64,000 bases of DNA. It comes from Tubulanus polymorphus (Eukaryota > Animalia > Nemertea). Every line of letters begins with the position of its first letter. Positions within the stretch are counted from its first letter, which is position 1. The stretch spans positions 5,952,001-6,016,000 of the forward strand of contig NC_134031.1 in assembly GCF_964204645.1 (NCBI RefSeq), read 5' to 3'. Of the stretch, positions 1 to 12,617 are shown one piece after another. The position numbers were made by a program, and so were the translations under genes. Under the pieces are notes generated by a model that did no database searches, was not told the DNA's origin, and worked only from the letters and a program-made list of their open reading frames with translations.

Positions 1-244
1 ACCTCGAAACTATAAGGCTATAAACTGTTTTTACGGAAGTAACGGTGGGTTTTATTCATCGACTCTACACTGAGATTTATATCAGTTCACTGCAACCGAT
101 AAGACCCTTTAAAAGACGCACACAGCGATTATAATATAGACCATCACTCAATATATCTTTAAGGTAAAATAGGTAAAATCTAAATATCACGATTAAAATA
201 TATTTCACACAAGCGGGTAGGTAACTATCAACTATCGGTGTTAC

Positions 245-1563
245 CTGCATAAGTGGATCAGCTGAAGTCGAAAGTTTGTCTTTTTCGGGTTTCAACTGTA
301 AAATTCAGATAATTTCTTTAAAACGTTTTCGAGGAAATTGTCTCTAAGCTTATATCAACCGGAGAAGTGGGGTTACTTCACTAACATGCGTAAACGGTAT
401 AGGCCCTATACGGAATCTAACTGTAACGGCCGGATATTTCATTTTCTATCGACTACACGCGAATCGTTGAAAAGCTGAATAAATATTTCAGTCTGATCAT
501 TATTGAAACATTGATACTAAACCTTGAATATTTTTTTTTCACAGTCTAGCGCTAAACCGATCCCAGCAATCAATATATCCGATTATGAAACTAAACCACC
601 AGTCCACTTGCTTTTGGTTAGTTAAGCATTGGAAGTAAGCTGATATAACGGGCTTTTTGGAAATATCTCGCTGTGAAACAGCGGTGGATCCAGCCTCTTA
701 TGCTGAATAGGCTCGGTACTGCATTATCACAGAACCATAGAGGGATTTTTAGGTGTCATCCCCCAGAAAAGTTTCGAAATTTACCACCTACAGCATTCTC
801 AGGACATCAATCCAAAATACTTGGAAAATAAAAATAAATCTGGCATTTGATGTCTCGAAAAAAGCGTTCTTGAAAATAAATCACAGGTAGGCCTACTGCA
901 AGCTCAAGTGGTAAGGGCGGTAGGCTGGATGCGCGCCTGTGGAACTAAACCACAGACAGATTAGTAAGTTACTTTTTGCAGTCTAGTGTCTATTGTCTAT
1001 TTCAACTTTGCTGATGTCGGGTGGCCTAGCTCAGTCAGTTTTGGTAGTAGGCTACGTATCTGATACAGGTCAGCACTGTGATGGGCCGCTGAACTTAACG
1101 AAAATTTTCAATCTATTTCATACCGATCGAAGGTCATAATTCAATATAGGAAGCTGCCCATCTCTGCTGGCCCTGCTTAGGTCCATATCTGGTAGGCCTA
1201 TTTACTGCGAAAAATTGACAGTTAGACCAACCGATATCCTCTCAAGCAAAATCTAAATAGCTGTTCTATGGGAATCCGTACATTGCCTGGGATTCAGATT
1301 TACTATCCTATATGATGAAGTCTGGATATTCAACAGTCCAGTAGGCCGTACCTCCGTTCTGACCCTCTCAAACCAAGACAGGCGATATCAAAACACTTTT
1401 TGAGAACCCTATCCTTTCTATCGAGAGAAAGGCAACTCACCTGATCTCCCGGCTTATTTACAAGCCGAACCTTATCATCGTCGTCGGCCCTCTGTCCCGA
1501 CGAGATCGTGCCGTAATCCTCGAGTGGCACATTTACTCCGTTCGCCAATTGCTTTTTCTCCAT
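245..1563 (-). CDS. First two coding exons (1441-1563, 245-295) of an unidentified gene that continues beyond the left window edge
   Basis: ATG at 1563; MEKKQLANGVNVPLEDYGTISSGQRADDDDKVRLVNKPGDQ then a GTGAGT donor. An acceptor ttttacag leads to a phase-0 exon LKPEKDKLSTSADPLMQ followed by a GTAAC donor. The product is not recognisable from 58 aa. Confidence 0.6.
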
Positions 1564-4500
1564 TTTTTCGATTTTAATAAACAGCCTTTATCCGTTCTTC
1601 AATTTTGAAACTGGTTGTAGATCCCAATCATTTCGACGACGATAACGAACCGGTCTGCATTTTTTTACGAGCTCTACCTAATCTATCTCAGACGGCTCTA
1701 GACTCGGCTAACGCCTCAAATACCGAGCATAATTCAATTAAAAAACAATCTAAAACAGTGGACCGTGAAAGTTAAATGAGTACGCGGCGCCAATTGAAAT
1801 TAATTACAAGGATTAAAATGTGTGGGCGGAAAATAGATGACAGAATGCAGACCAGATGCACGACTAAAATCGAATCCACCACAGAGTAGTAACACAGCCC
1901 AGCGCAGTAGTCGAGCGAGACGTAACGATGTTTCCCTTTATTTCCACGCGATTTAAAACAACACAACCTAATTAATATATTCCAGAGCGATGACAGGCGG
2001 TGAATTGACCGTTTTGGTAAAAATCCGAAGGGTTTATCCGACGTGAACGCGTTGGAAAGCGGCGAATTTAGCGTCGACGAATATTGTCTATCTCAAGTCG
2101 GGACCTGTCATCTCGGGTCAAATCGATCCGCTGTACGCTAGTGACATCTAGCGGCGTGAAGTGTTAAGCGCGTGTAAACAAAGAGGGAGCTACTTTACTG
2201 TTATCCGTTATAAATTAATTAATTCCCTTAACAACCAATATAATAATTGTGAATGAAAAATACATGATCGATTCCTTTTTGATATGATTTCTATCTATTC
2301 ATGTTTCTTTTTGTATGTTTCGATATTTTGCTGAAGTCTATTTTGTTATCTCTTAATTTTGTGTTGTCCTCTTAGTCTTAACATTAACAATCCCTCATTA
2401 ACAATCAAAATAGGTAGAGTAAATAAACTCAATGAATATCTTTACTTTTGCCTGGAATTTCAGCATTATTTCGTTTAAAAAACGAGATATTCAAAAACGC
2501 CTTTACTCGGATTTACTATCGTACTAAGGCTTTTCTAATTACCGGTAGGCAATACTTCAAGAGTCCATTCTGCCAAAACATCATTAAAAACTATTTCTAA
2601 CAAAATTCTTATACTTGCATCCTAATTTACGAACTTATTATTTGACAAAATAAGTTTGTTTTCTTCCACTTCAGTTCTTCCACGTGGAAAATACTCAAAT
2701 AGGGATAATTTTTTTCACTTCACCCTTCCATTTTTGCTAATTAAAAAAGTCAGTGCTACAGTACTGTTCATATCTAAAAAAAGGCATGCATAGGTAGGCC
2801 TATCTGTTCTTGGTGGGTTTTTACAGTTACCTGGTCTTTCAATGTCGAACTCTGTACAAGAACTCAAAATCAAATTTAATTCTCTGATTTAATCAAATCA
2901 AATTAGTTCTCTGATTTTCATTAATGTATTCAGTTGTGCATTGTTGAAGTTACTATTTAAATCTATTCATTCTTAATGTTTGTATCTTAAAAGTTTACTG
3001 ATCGAATCAATTATACAATATCTCGCAGGATCTGTAATATATCTCGCAGGTTCGATCAAGTGTCTACATCAAATGATGTCCATTCTCTTTTGGGCGAGAT
3101 ATAGATAGCCTTTATGAAACTTCAAATGATATATGATTCATTTGTAAAATCTAAAAATAGGTTTTCGAAATAGTGTAGAATATTTTCTCGACGATCAGCG
3201 AGATGCCATTTCCACACTTTTAAAAGTGTTTAATCTTTATGTCCATTTACCTTGGTTCTTTCCAGGCCCGGTCGAACCAAATTTTACCTCCTCACCGTAC
3301 ACTATTTCGAGTTATTTCAAAGTTCATTCTATAGCATATGTGCGACTACATTTGGTTTCGAAAACATTCCGCTATGAAAAAACGGACCATCATGTAGCTA
3401 GTCTAGTACCTACCCGTGTTTCCCCAACGTTGTAGGGAACCGGTAACAACGACTGGTATTCAGACTATCATGATAGCCAGCAAGCCGCAGTTTGTCAGAC
3501 ATGGCATATCGGTACATGAATTCAAAAAATCCCATTGGCTTTATGCCTTTTACGATTAATGGTATGTAAATCATCATTTGTGACTCAATGTTTGTATATG
3601 TAAACGCGTATCTTTGTCATTTTACCAGAATAAGCCTTCGTAAAAAATGGACATGTTTAAAGGCGGTACGTAAGACCGAAGTGAAATCCAAATCGATCAA
3701 AAATCAACGTTAACTTTTTACTTACAACTGTTGCGAGAACTTTATAACTACGTCTTTGCGATTTGGCGCTTTTCATTTCGCTGTTGATGTTTTAATTTTC
3801 ATGGCGAAGTATCTTACATTTTCCATATTGCCTGTTCATCATGTACATCATGTACATCCTGGATACCTATAGTAAAGTGTCGCATAGGCGCTCTTTATTT
3901 CACAGTCTCTTTATACTACAACAAAAACCTAGCGCAAATACAAAACCCGGATAACAATCGGATCGATAGTGGGTCTATGCAATCATAAAGATCCGTGTTT
4001 TATCTATGCATAGCCGAGTATCATTCATTCTCAGTAGCGAGTTGGGAGAGATTAAAACACATTTATACAATCATCTTGGAATAATCATTCGAGTCCTATC
4101 GAGTACTCCAGATTCCATCGACACAGATTTATGGAAGCATATCACAATCTTCTAGATAAATTCATCAGGCGTTTATATTTCAAGGAGGCCCCGTACGATA
4201 GGCTATAGAAATCATTTCAGTTCAACCTCGTTACTACGAAACCAGTTTATCATAACGATAATTTCCAACATCTCCCAGACAAGATATTTATAACAATCAA
4301 GCTTTGGATTATACAAAACCCATTCAATACAACTTCACTTGTGCCCACAAGAAGATACGAATATGCCTTAACGAGATCCACTTTAGGCCCTTACATAACA
4401 GAGAACATAACTTGCTCTCTCTCTCTCTCTCATTCAGTTGCCCCAGACGCCAAATATTGGCCCTTGCAACGTAACTAACCTGAACTTGAAAAATATCCTA

Positions 4501-5733
4501 CGAGCAATGAGGAATATGAAATTTGCATGTCAACGATTGATGCACCTAAGTCACTGTATATAAAATGTAAAAAAAGATCTTTGAAATAAAACAACAAAAT
4601 GAATTGTAAAGCTGACAAAATGTAAATACTTTATTAAAATACGAACAAAAATAGCAGCGCACACGATTAAAACTGTATAAAACTGCACTTTCCATTTTGA
4701 ATACCGTACAAAAATTGGAAGGCGACACCTCCCAGCAATCACATAGCACAACAACTCTTCAAGCAATGGCCGCACAAAATGAACTATCCGTTCAAGCTCC
4801 TATTCAAATAATTGATTAAAGTTCATGATATTGAACATCCATAAACATTATTTATAAGTTTAACCCCAATTCATATTTCTAAGCACCAAGATGTAAATGC
4901 GTACATGTATTTTGAATATCGAATGCATATTTATGCCTATCACACTTCTAGCAAAAATACAACAATAGCACGAAATCTATATCGATTTTAGTCACACTTT
5001 CCTTGCAGTTTAAAACAGCTCGCGTATCCTTCCAAAAAGGCAATTGAAAAAAATTTGAAGGAAAAGTAGTAAAGTTAAAAATTCTCCAAGGCCCTACAGA
5101 TCTACAGTTAAGCTTGACTATCTTAAGTTAGAATTGATCAGCTTAGATAACCAAATCAATACTTATCAGGCCCGTCTTTATGGAAAGGGGGATTTGGGAC
5201 GAAGCAACGAAAGTCATTGACGAAGGTCCGCCGAGTAATCAGTAGCACTCTTTCAAAATATGCACATGCTTCAAAACTTAGTTGACTTGAGGCCAAATTG
5301 TAGGAAAAAGAAGCAAACTTTTCTAGAACCTGCAAAATTGCTTCGATTTGCTTCTAATCTTTCAAAAAAGTCCCATTCTCATGGAAAAAGTTCCACTTTC
5401 ACAAAAATCGAACCCCCCAAGACATGGCAGGCTACGGGCCTGCTTATTGAAACATTTCAAACTCTTCTTATACGAAGTGAATACGATCCAACTAGGTTAT
5501 CGCACATTCTGCCAGTCCAACATCTGACTTGAGCAGAGTCGAATGTATTACCGTTGAAATAGTCATCGACATAATGCGCGTCCCAGTTACGATGACTTAG
5601 CCTAACCGAATTCGACTGTCGTATTTCATCACCAAAAGTTCAACCCTATAGGATCAAATTCTAACCCACGAAAGATTCACGAAAGGATAAGGATAAATAT
5701 ATTAAGATCGATCGCCACCGATTTACCGATGAA

Positions 5734-8202
5734 TCAGCTAGAACCAGATTCGGGATCCAGACGGCTAATACTCGGATCAACTATATCGAATAGATACGAT
5801 AAATTCGAAATACGCCGACAAATTTCCAAGGCCGTTTCGCCGACTTGATTCTTAAGCGTCGCGTCGATGGCCGGGTTAGTTAACAGAAGTGCGATGATGT
5901 TTTTGTGATCGGGCTGGGAAGCCGCCAAATGTAAAGGAGTTTGTTTTCCGTTGGTTTGTGCGTTGATATTGCTGCCGGCGGCCAGTAACAGCTCGGCTAC
6001 CGATACGTTGTTCCAGAAACTGGCGCTGTGAAGTGGAGTCCAGCCGTCGTCGGTCCGTGCCCCGACATCGGCACCCTTTTCGATTAAAACCTGGAAAAAT
6101 AAACGCGTCTAGTAAGTAGTATGATAACCACACTCAAACGTGCTGAACGGATAATAAGATCCTGACGATGATCTCTAGGGTGAGATTGAAACGTCGTGTA
6201 CTTCATTTTTCAGATTGTTTGAATAGATAAATTCTCAATTTTAAATTCTTTTAATTTGTACATAGTCTAAGTATTCTTGAGTTGCAAATTTTTGAGTACC
6301 GGTATCGTTGATTAAGTCCAATGCACATGATGCAGGGAAACACGGATCATGGAAACAGAAAAACACGGAGGAATCAAAACATGATTGATCTCGTTTTTTC
6401 TTTTTGCTTAAGTTGTAAGCAAAATGATGGCCACATAAGACAAACTAAGCAATAGTAATTTTAGCAAGAGAGTTCGATTCAAAATGGCAAAACTCAGTCG
6501 AAACCTAATCCACTTTTGATGCCTTACTCGATAAAGGATAATTGCATGTAGATACAAGTATGACAAGATTTGATGGATCCTATATACTCGCGGCTACATG
6601 TCACGAAAATACCCGTTTTGTGTTGAGGAATTTGACCGAGTGGAAACAGAACCGTGGAACCGGGCCTTAAAAAGTTGCATTTGACATAAAACAGAAGATA
6701 ACTGCACCTGAGCGATATTAGTATGATTACAGTACGCCGCTCTATGTAAAGGTGTATATCCATCGTCATCTTTACAATTCACTAATTCGGCATCTTGTTC
6801 CAACAATTCATCGATGACATCTTTCTGATCTTTTTCCGCCGCCCACAACATCTTTAAAACCGGATTGCCTGAAATGTAGAAATGCGCCGTGTAATATCTA
6901 CTCCGACAACGCGGAACCGATGGAAATGTGCGAGAAACCCGTTATGCTCACTATCGATTTCCTCCTGCGTCGCTTCGCTCACTTGGTCGTCCATTTCCCA
7001 ATAACTCACAAATTCACTCGGGTGACTTTCCTTCTCGCGCATTACCTGAAATCGTTGAAACAGACAACAATCTAAATAAACTTCTAAAATTCAAGAACCG
7101 TGGAATGCCTGCACCCTCTAAGCAGCCAGCAGGACTCGAACCCACTTGTCAGACTCAGCTCCTCACTCAGCAGCAGTAATGCAGCTAGTCAGTAACCTGA
7201 CTGTGGTTTAGTTTCACGATCGGATATTTTCACAAACCACAGTCAGGAATGGGAAGGTCATTTTTGTATGAAATCTTCGTCAGCCAATTTGACTGACGAG
7301 TAATTTGCCTGGCATTTCATTGTCTCTTAAGATATCTGTCTCATTTTTGTTGTAATCGACGCACAAAAGATTCGTAGTTTGTCTGATACCTATAACACCT
7401 CACCTGACGATCTTAATCCATGTGCAAATCGGCCGTAAAGTGAGAGTAAATTTCCGTCCAGTCAACAGCTGCCATTTTGAAAATTACTGGAGGTGCTGGC
7501 ACCTGTGGACTGAGGCCAGGACAACAGCACAAACTAACAAAGCGAAACGACGAAATTTAAAAAAATTAAAAAATCAACACTTATTCACATTTTTCTTTTA
7601 CCAGAAATTTATTATTTCATTATTTATTATGGAAAACACGAAGACTTGAAATAAAAGTTGGAAAACCATCAAAAATAAAAATTGTCGTTTCGTCTTGAAA
7701 GTTTTATATAAATCCTTGTAGGTCCCCTTGTCTTATCATGCCACATGTGCAATACAGAGAAATGGCGGCCAATGGCGAAATTTGTGGAGAAATTAATTAA
7801 TTTCTCAAAATAATGTTGATTAATCACTCGAAACGTACATAAAATTTGATTATTTCGAAAGGTAGGCCTACCTGTGTTAGTTTGTGAATTAAGCCATTAA
7901 TTGTGGACTGAAGTGAATAGAAAGTATATTTTTGAAGTGTTACTTTTTTCAACCGTGTTTTGGTCCTTGTCATCCCTAACGTTGGTATAAGCCCATCCGA
8001 TTATAAAAAGCTTACCACCAACGATTAGGTAACTAACTATAATGCAGCCATAACACGAGAAAGAACAGCATCAGCATTTTACGACGTCGCCATCGCCCTG
8101 AGCTGTATCGTCAATCAGTCTTACCTCGTTGTACAAAGCTAAATCATTTGCTGTAGCCTCTGGAATGAAAATATCATCATCTTCTTTCTCAATTGGATCC
8201 AT
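5734..8202 (-). CDS. ANKRD49: Ankyrin repeat domain-containing protein 49, 4 exons (8125-8202, 6952-7045, 6708-6868, 5734-6090), about 229 aa
   Basis: Phase-consistent GT-AG chain. The protein contains LWAAEK...VNCKDDDGYTPLHRAAY...DGWTPLHSASFWNN...QTNGKQTPLHLAA...LKNQVGETALEICRR..YLFDIV, matching human ANKRD49 as recalled (LLWAAEK, DEDEYTPLHRAAY, GWTPLHSACKWNN, YLFEIV). Confidence 0.9.
6162..6196 (+). ncRNA. Degenerate minimal hammerhead ribozyme motif (Penelope-type remnant) in ANKRD49 intron 3
   Basis: CTGACGA-T-GATCTC-tagggt-GAGATT-GAAACGTC gives both core boxes, a 6-bp stem II and a palindromic ACGT stem III. Stem I is essentially absent. Confidence 0.4.
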
Positions 8203-9369
8203 AACCACCAAAACAATTGAGATAAACTGATAAACCGGCTTATATGATTTCAGTTCGTCAACTATCCGAAAATGCTGGGCAACGACCTTCCACCGCAGCA
8301 AAAAATATCGCTTCTTCACCGATATTCCTTCACTCACTTGCCACAATCAAATTTAAAAAATTCTTTATTGAAAATTTGAAAAGGCCTTTTGAAATTTGGA
8401 AATTATTTCTGACCCCAAGCCCGATACGAAGATAAAAGTTTACCATGAGATTTTAAATTTCTATCGAAAAATATTTAAAAGGTATACATAAAGATGACGC
8501 GGCCGAGAAAAGACATTCTTCGGATGGAATTTAAGACAAATATATTCGTTACAAATCTCGGTCGGTTGCGTGCTTTAGTTACTTTCGTTTTTACATACCG
8601 CAACTCAGTGTAATTTCCTTGCACCGGCTGTTTTTAATAGGCGTGATCGGAGACGAAAGACATTAAAAAAGAGTTGGAGACCTTTTCTAAAAAAACCCGT
8701 AGACTTTTTGCATAGTGGGAGATTTACTTCTCGGCCATATGTAGTACTCGACAGCGAAGGCATGGTGCAGAGTCGCGATTAATTTTGCCCCCGAGTCAAG
8801 CTAGTTCAAATTTGGTCCAGTACCTAAAGAAACGATTCACAGTGTAAATCACTCGATCGTTTCTGAATGCTATCAAAACGATGCAGCGAAATGCAAGAGA
8901 AGTCATTTCGAGCACGTCCCCGTATACATGTATTCACGCATTTTTTCACACGGATTTGGATCATGTCGGGCAAAATCTTTTACCTAGATATATGGTTAAG
9001 CCTTTCTCTTGTCCTCTTATCTTCAATCAAGTTCAGATAGATAGATAATTTTGCTTGATGATCAAATTTGGTGTTGATTGGTGAAAACTATTCGGACAAT
9101 TTGATTTTTATAATTTAGCGGGGTTCGGTGCAGTTACGTCACATAGACACTTGGATACGCGGTCGTCAAGGAAAACCATAGGGCATCATAGCAACAAATG
9201 TCATAGCAAAATCACATTTCGTGAAATGCGGTCATAATTTTACGAGGCTGTGATATGATTTATTTTGCACGATGATTTCTTTGAGATTATTCTCAATTTG
9301 TTGCTTTATTCTCTTGGCGACTCCGGGTGGAGTCGATGGACATGAAAACTTCCTAGGTTACACGTGAGT

Positions 9370-10747
9370 ATGAACCATCAGGCACATCGAATACTGTCGT
9401 ACATGGAGTACATTTTTATGAATGAGGCTCAATATCAAACAAAATATCGGTGACACGTCGTATGATGCAATGTTACATTCATGACGAACCTTCTGTTCAA
9501 CATTTTTTATTTAGTATCTTGAACTGTGTATTCGGGTACGTGGCAGAAATCTTTTCGATTTTCTACCGATATAATGGAGATGAAATAGTCGCTGAGAAAT
9601 ACTACCAGAAGTAAGTAAGAATAAAAGTATTCCTATTTTCAGGTTGATGCCCGATTACCCTTTTTATATTTTCGTGTTTCTTTTCCAGTGTATGTTATTT
9701 AGATGTGTGCGCTTTGACTCAAAATGACACTTCCTACGCTGATAGCGACTCTGACAAAACGCAGCCGAATAACTACGTGCATGTTTTGAACCAAAATAAC
9801 AAAATTTGCTACTTGGATTTGTGCGCGTTAGTGAAAAATGACACTTATTACGCGGATAACTTCTTTGATTCGACTATATTTGATGGCGCACTTATCGATG
9901 AAGATCTCAAAATTTCAACGATCCTTTTTGAGAATCTGAGCTGCTTTAAGTTATTGTTTGTGGAACTGGTCTTATTGCTGAATGTGGCTCTACTCAGTTT
10001 TCTGTCAAAATTCATGAGATTCGTATTAAATGGTAAGGACTTTTGCGCTGCCTCGAGATCTTTCTGGGTTAAAATCACTTCATTGGACCCACACCTTATT
10101 GGTAAAATGCACGCATTTAATATTCAATAGCTCTGGTTGGAAGATATGGTGCAACTGGTGAAGACGCCGCTGCCAATTCCTCGATTGATGAGAACGAAAA
10201 TGAGAAACAAGAAGCCGACAAAAACGTAGAAGCTCGCGAGAAATTACCACTATCTATCTCCATCGCGCCAGAACTAGAAGACTTTCGTCTGATCGTCAGT
10301 GAATCCCGGGTCAAAGCTTTCATGGAGAACGAAAATATCTCCGAAGAATCGAAACAAATGGCGCTAAAACTACAGTTTCAGTTGGCCAAAGTTACAAAGG
10401 TAACTGAATGTCAAATCTGGGTGTTAGTGAGCTTTTTTTCATATTTCAATCCAAAGCTTTATATATAAGTGTTCATTTTTCGAATTTAATCATTTTGCAA
10501 TTCATATATACATACTATTTTTGCAGTGTTGGGTTCACATGAGATTAATGCGTGAGTTGGCGGTGAAAACTTATACCAGGCCATGGTTTAAAAGGTAAAA
10601 TCTAATTTTTCGAAAATTCAAAAATCTGTTTTGAAAATCCATTGAATATCGGTGTATTTTCATTTCTCTTCCAGGGAAATGTTAAAGAATCAGCAGCGAT
10701 TCTTTCTACCTGCAGAAGATCACACATCATCATCACCTGTCCAGTAA
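9370..10747 (+). CDS. Uncharacterised 6-exon gene (9370-9449, 9515-9610, 9689-10032, 10131-10399, 10527-10594, 10675-10747), about 309 aa, one hydrophobic segment; 5' end uncertain
   Basis: All five introns are GT-AG with matching phases and the frame stays open to TAA at 10745-10747. AATAAA follows at about 10759. No recognisable family. Confidence 0.7.
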
Positions 10748-12617
10748 TTAAACGACCAATAAATAAATGTACAATAAATAAATTAATTTACATCTATCGC
10801 ATCTTGCTGTTTCGTTTACATATGGCTACTATGATAGCCGCACATTGGAGCGGTACTTTCACAAGTTATGGTCAAAATGCTCGACAAACTGACGATCGGA
10901 TCGGAGACTGGCCGAAGTCGTTAACAAAAGATTCCTTCTCTTCTGAAAAATGAAACAGATTCAGAATATCAAACCGATAAGGTGTCCCCAAATAAACCAA
11001 ACCGCATGGACATTTTGTCTCTTTGGGCTTCGAACAAGCGTAAATAGTTAAACACTTTTGTATTTTATCCTTTTTCTCACCTTCATATTGTTAAAGACCC
11101 GTACATATTCTATCTCAGGGACAACATCTAGTGAATTGAATTATACCTGCGAGATGTCTTTCACAAATATCAACATATATCTTTCACAGACTAGCTATAC
11201 ATAAGAATTCGGGCCAAAAGACATTCGCTTGGCTAAAAGGACATGGGACACTGTCAGCGGCCAGCATGAATCTGTGTCCCAGAACTCCACCAAAAAAAAG
11301 AAAGTAAATAAGTCTGTATAAATAGTACAAAATTGTATTCAATAATAGAGCTTTGTTAAAGAAAAATAATGTTAGTAGCAGCGCCAGATATTTTCTCTGA
11401 AAAAAATAAGTAAGAATCGTTCGACACAGAACTTGCTCGAAATGTCCGACAACTTCAAATTCGAGGTTGCAGCAACAACGATGAATTAACATATGATCAC
11501 GTGAACACAACATCGTCTATATACAACAATAATCCGGCCAGGTGACACGAAGATCGTCGTTTGCTTACAGTTGGTTTTACAGTATAGGTCTATATGAATT
11601 ATGAAAAAATATCTTCCTTGCATACAACACGGACATCCACTTCACACAATATGTGAAACAACATATGGAAACTCAATCTCCTCGTGATCTTGGAACAGTT
11701 TCAACTTTCGACTGTACAATTTTTTTTAAAATCACAACGGAAGTAAATAATCCGATAAAATATGTATATCATACAGATCACTAGTACATGTAATTTACAG
11801 AAAGAATACCTATGAATCTCATTATCGTGATACGATACAAATTTTTAGGGAGATTCGTTTGAAAACTACTGACCATTTTACGTAAGGTCTGACTATTTTA
11901 CGTCGCTCAGGATGACCTTTATATCGAACTTAGAAAGTTGGTATTCGGCTTTAAAAAAAACATCGGAGAGTGTAAGCGTAACGCTCTACCAACAACTGAG
12001 CCAGACAAAATGTTTCAGAGGTAAAGCCTCCTCCTCGACGAAGGGATATAATGTTTGTACAAACTTCTCAGAAATCGATATTTCAATCGGCAAATCTGCC
12101 AATTTACAACCATCAAAAACATATTTACATATGCAGTATTGGACATAATCATTGTAGTTTCAAAGAAAAGCAAGACGAAAATCACACATCACCGACTGGC
12201 AAACAATGATACATCTTATGGTGTAGTGGTAATATCTACAGTAAAATTGACATAAATTCTTCATACATCATACATTATAAAGTAATTAACATAAGATATA
12301 AAAAATACAAACAGCACGGAAATATCAATTTTTTTTCATCGTGGTGAAAATTATAACAATTTCATTAAGATCAATTAAGATTCATTTGCCTACCGCTTTC
12401 CGACGTCCAAGATATTTTTTTGTAGCCGATACAGAGGATTATTACTATACGATAAGCAACTGACAACACAGTGTTCATTATGGCAAAATATGAGACAGAC
12501 TTTTCAAAAAAATATATTTATGGTTTTCACAATGACATGGATATGGCCGCGTGGTGGTTTCTATGTACGTACAACCGTTATTGACTACTGAATATGGCGA
12601 TGGGACTCGAAAGAGTT

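Noticed and set aside
7413-7475. Minus-strand ATG...TAA mini-ORF with a donor at about 7403 as ANKRD49 exon 1
   Set aside because: It has an in-frame stop; exon 8125-8202 gives a clean open frame. It may at most be an alternative UTR exon.
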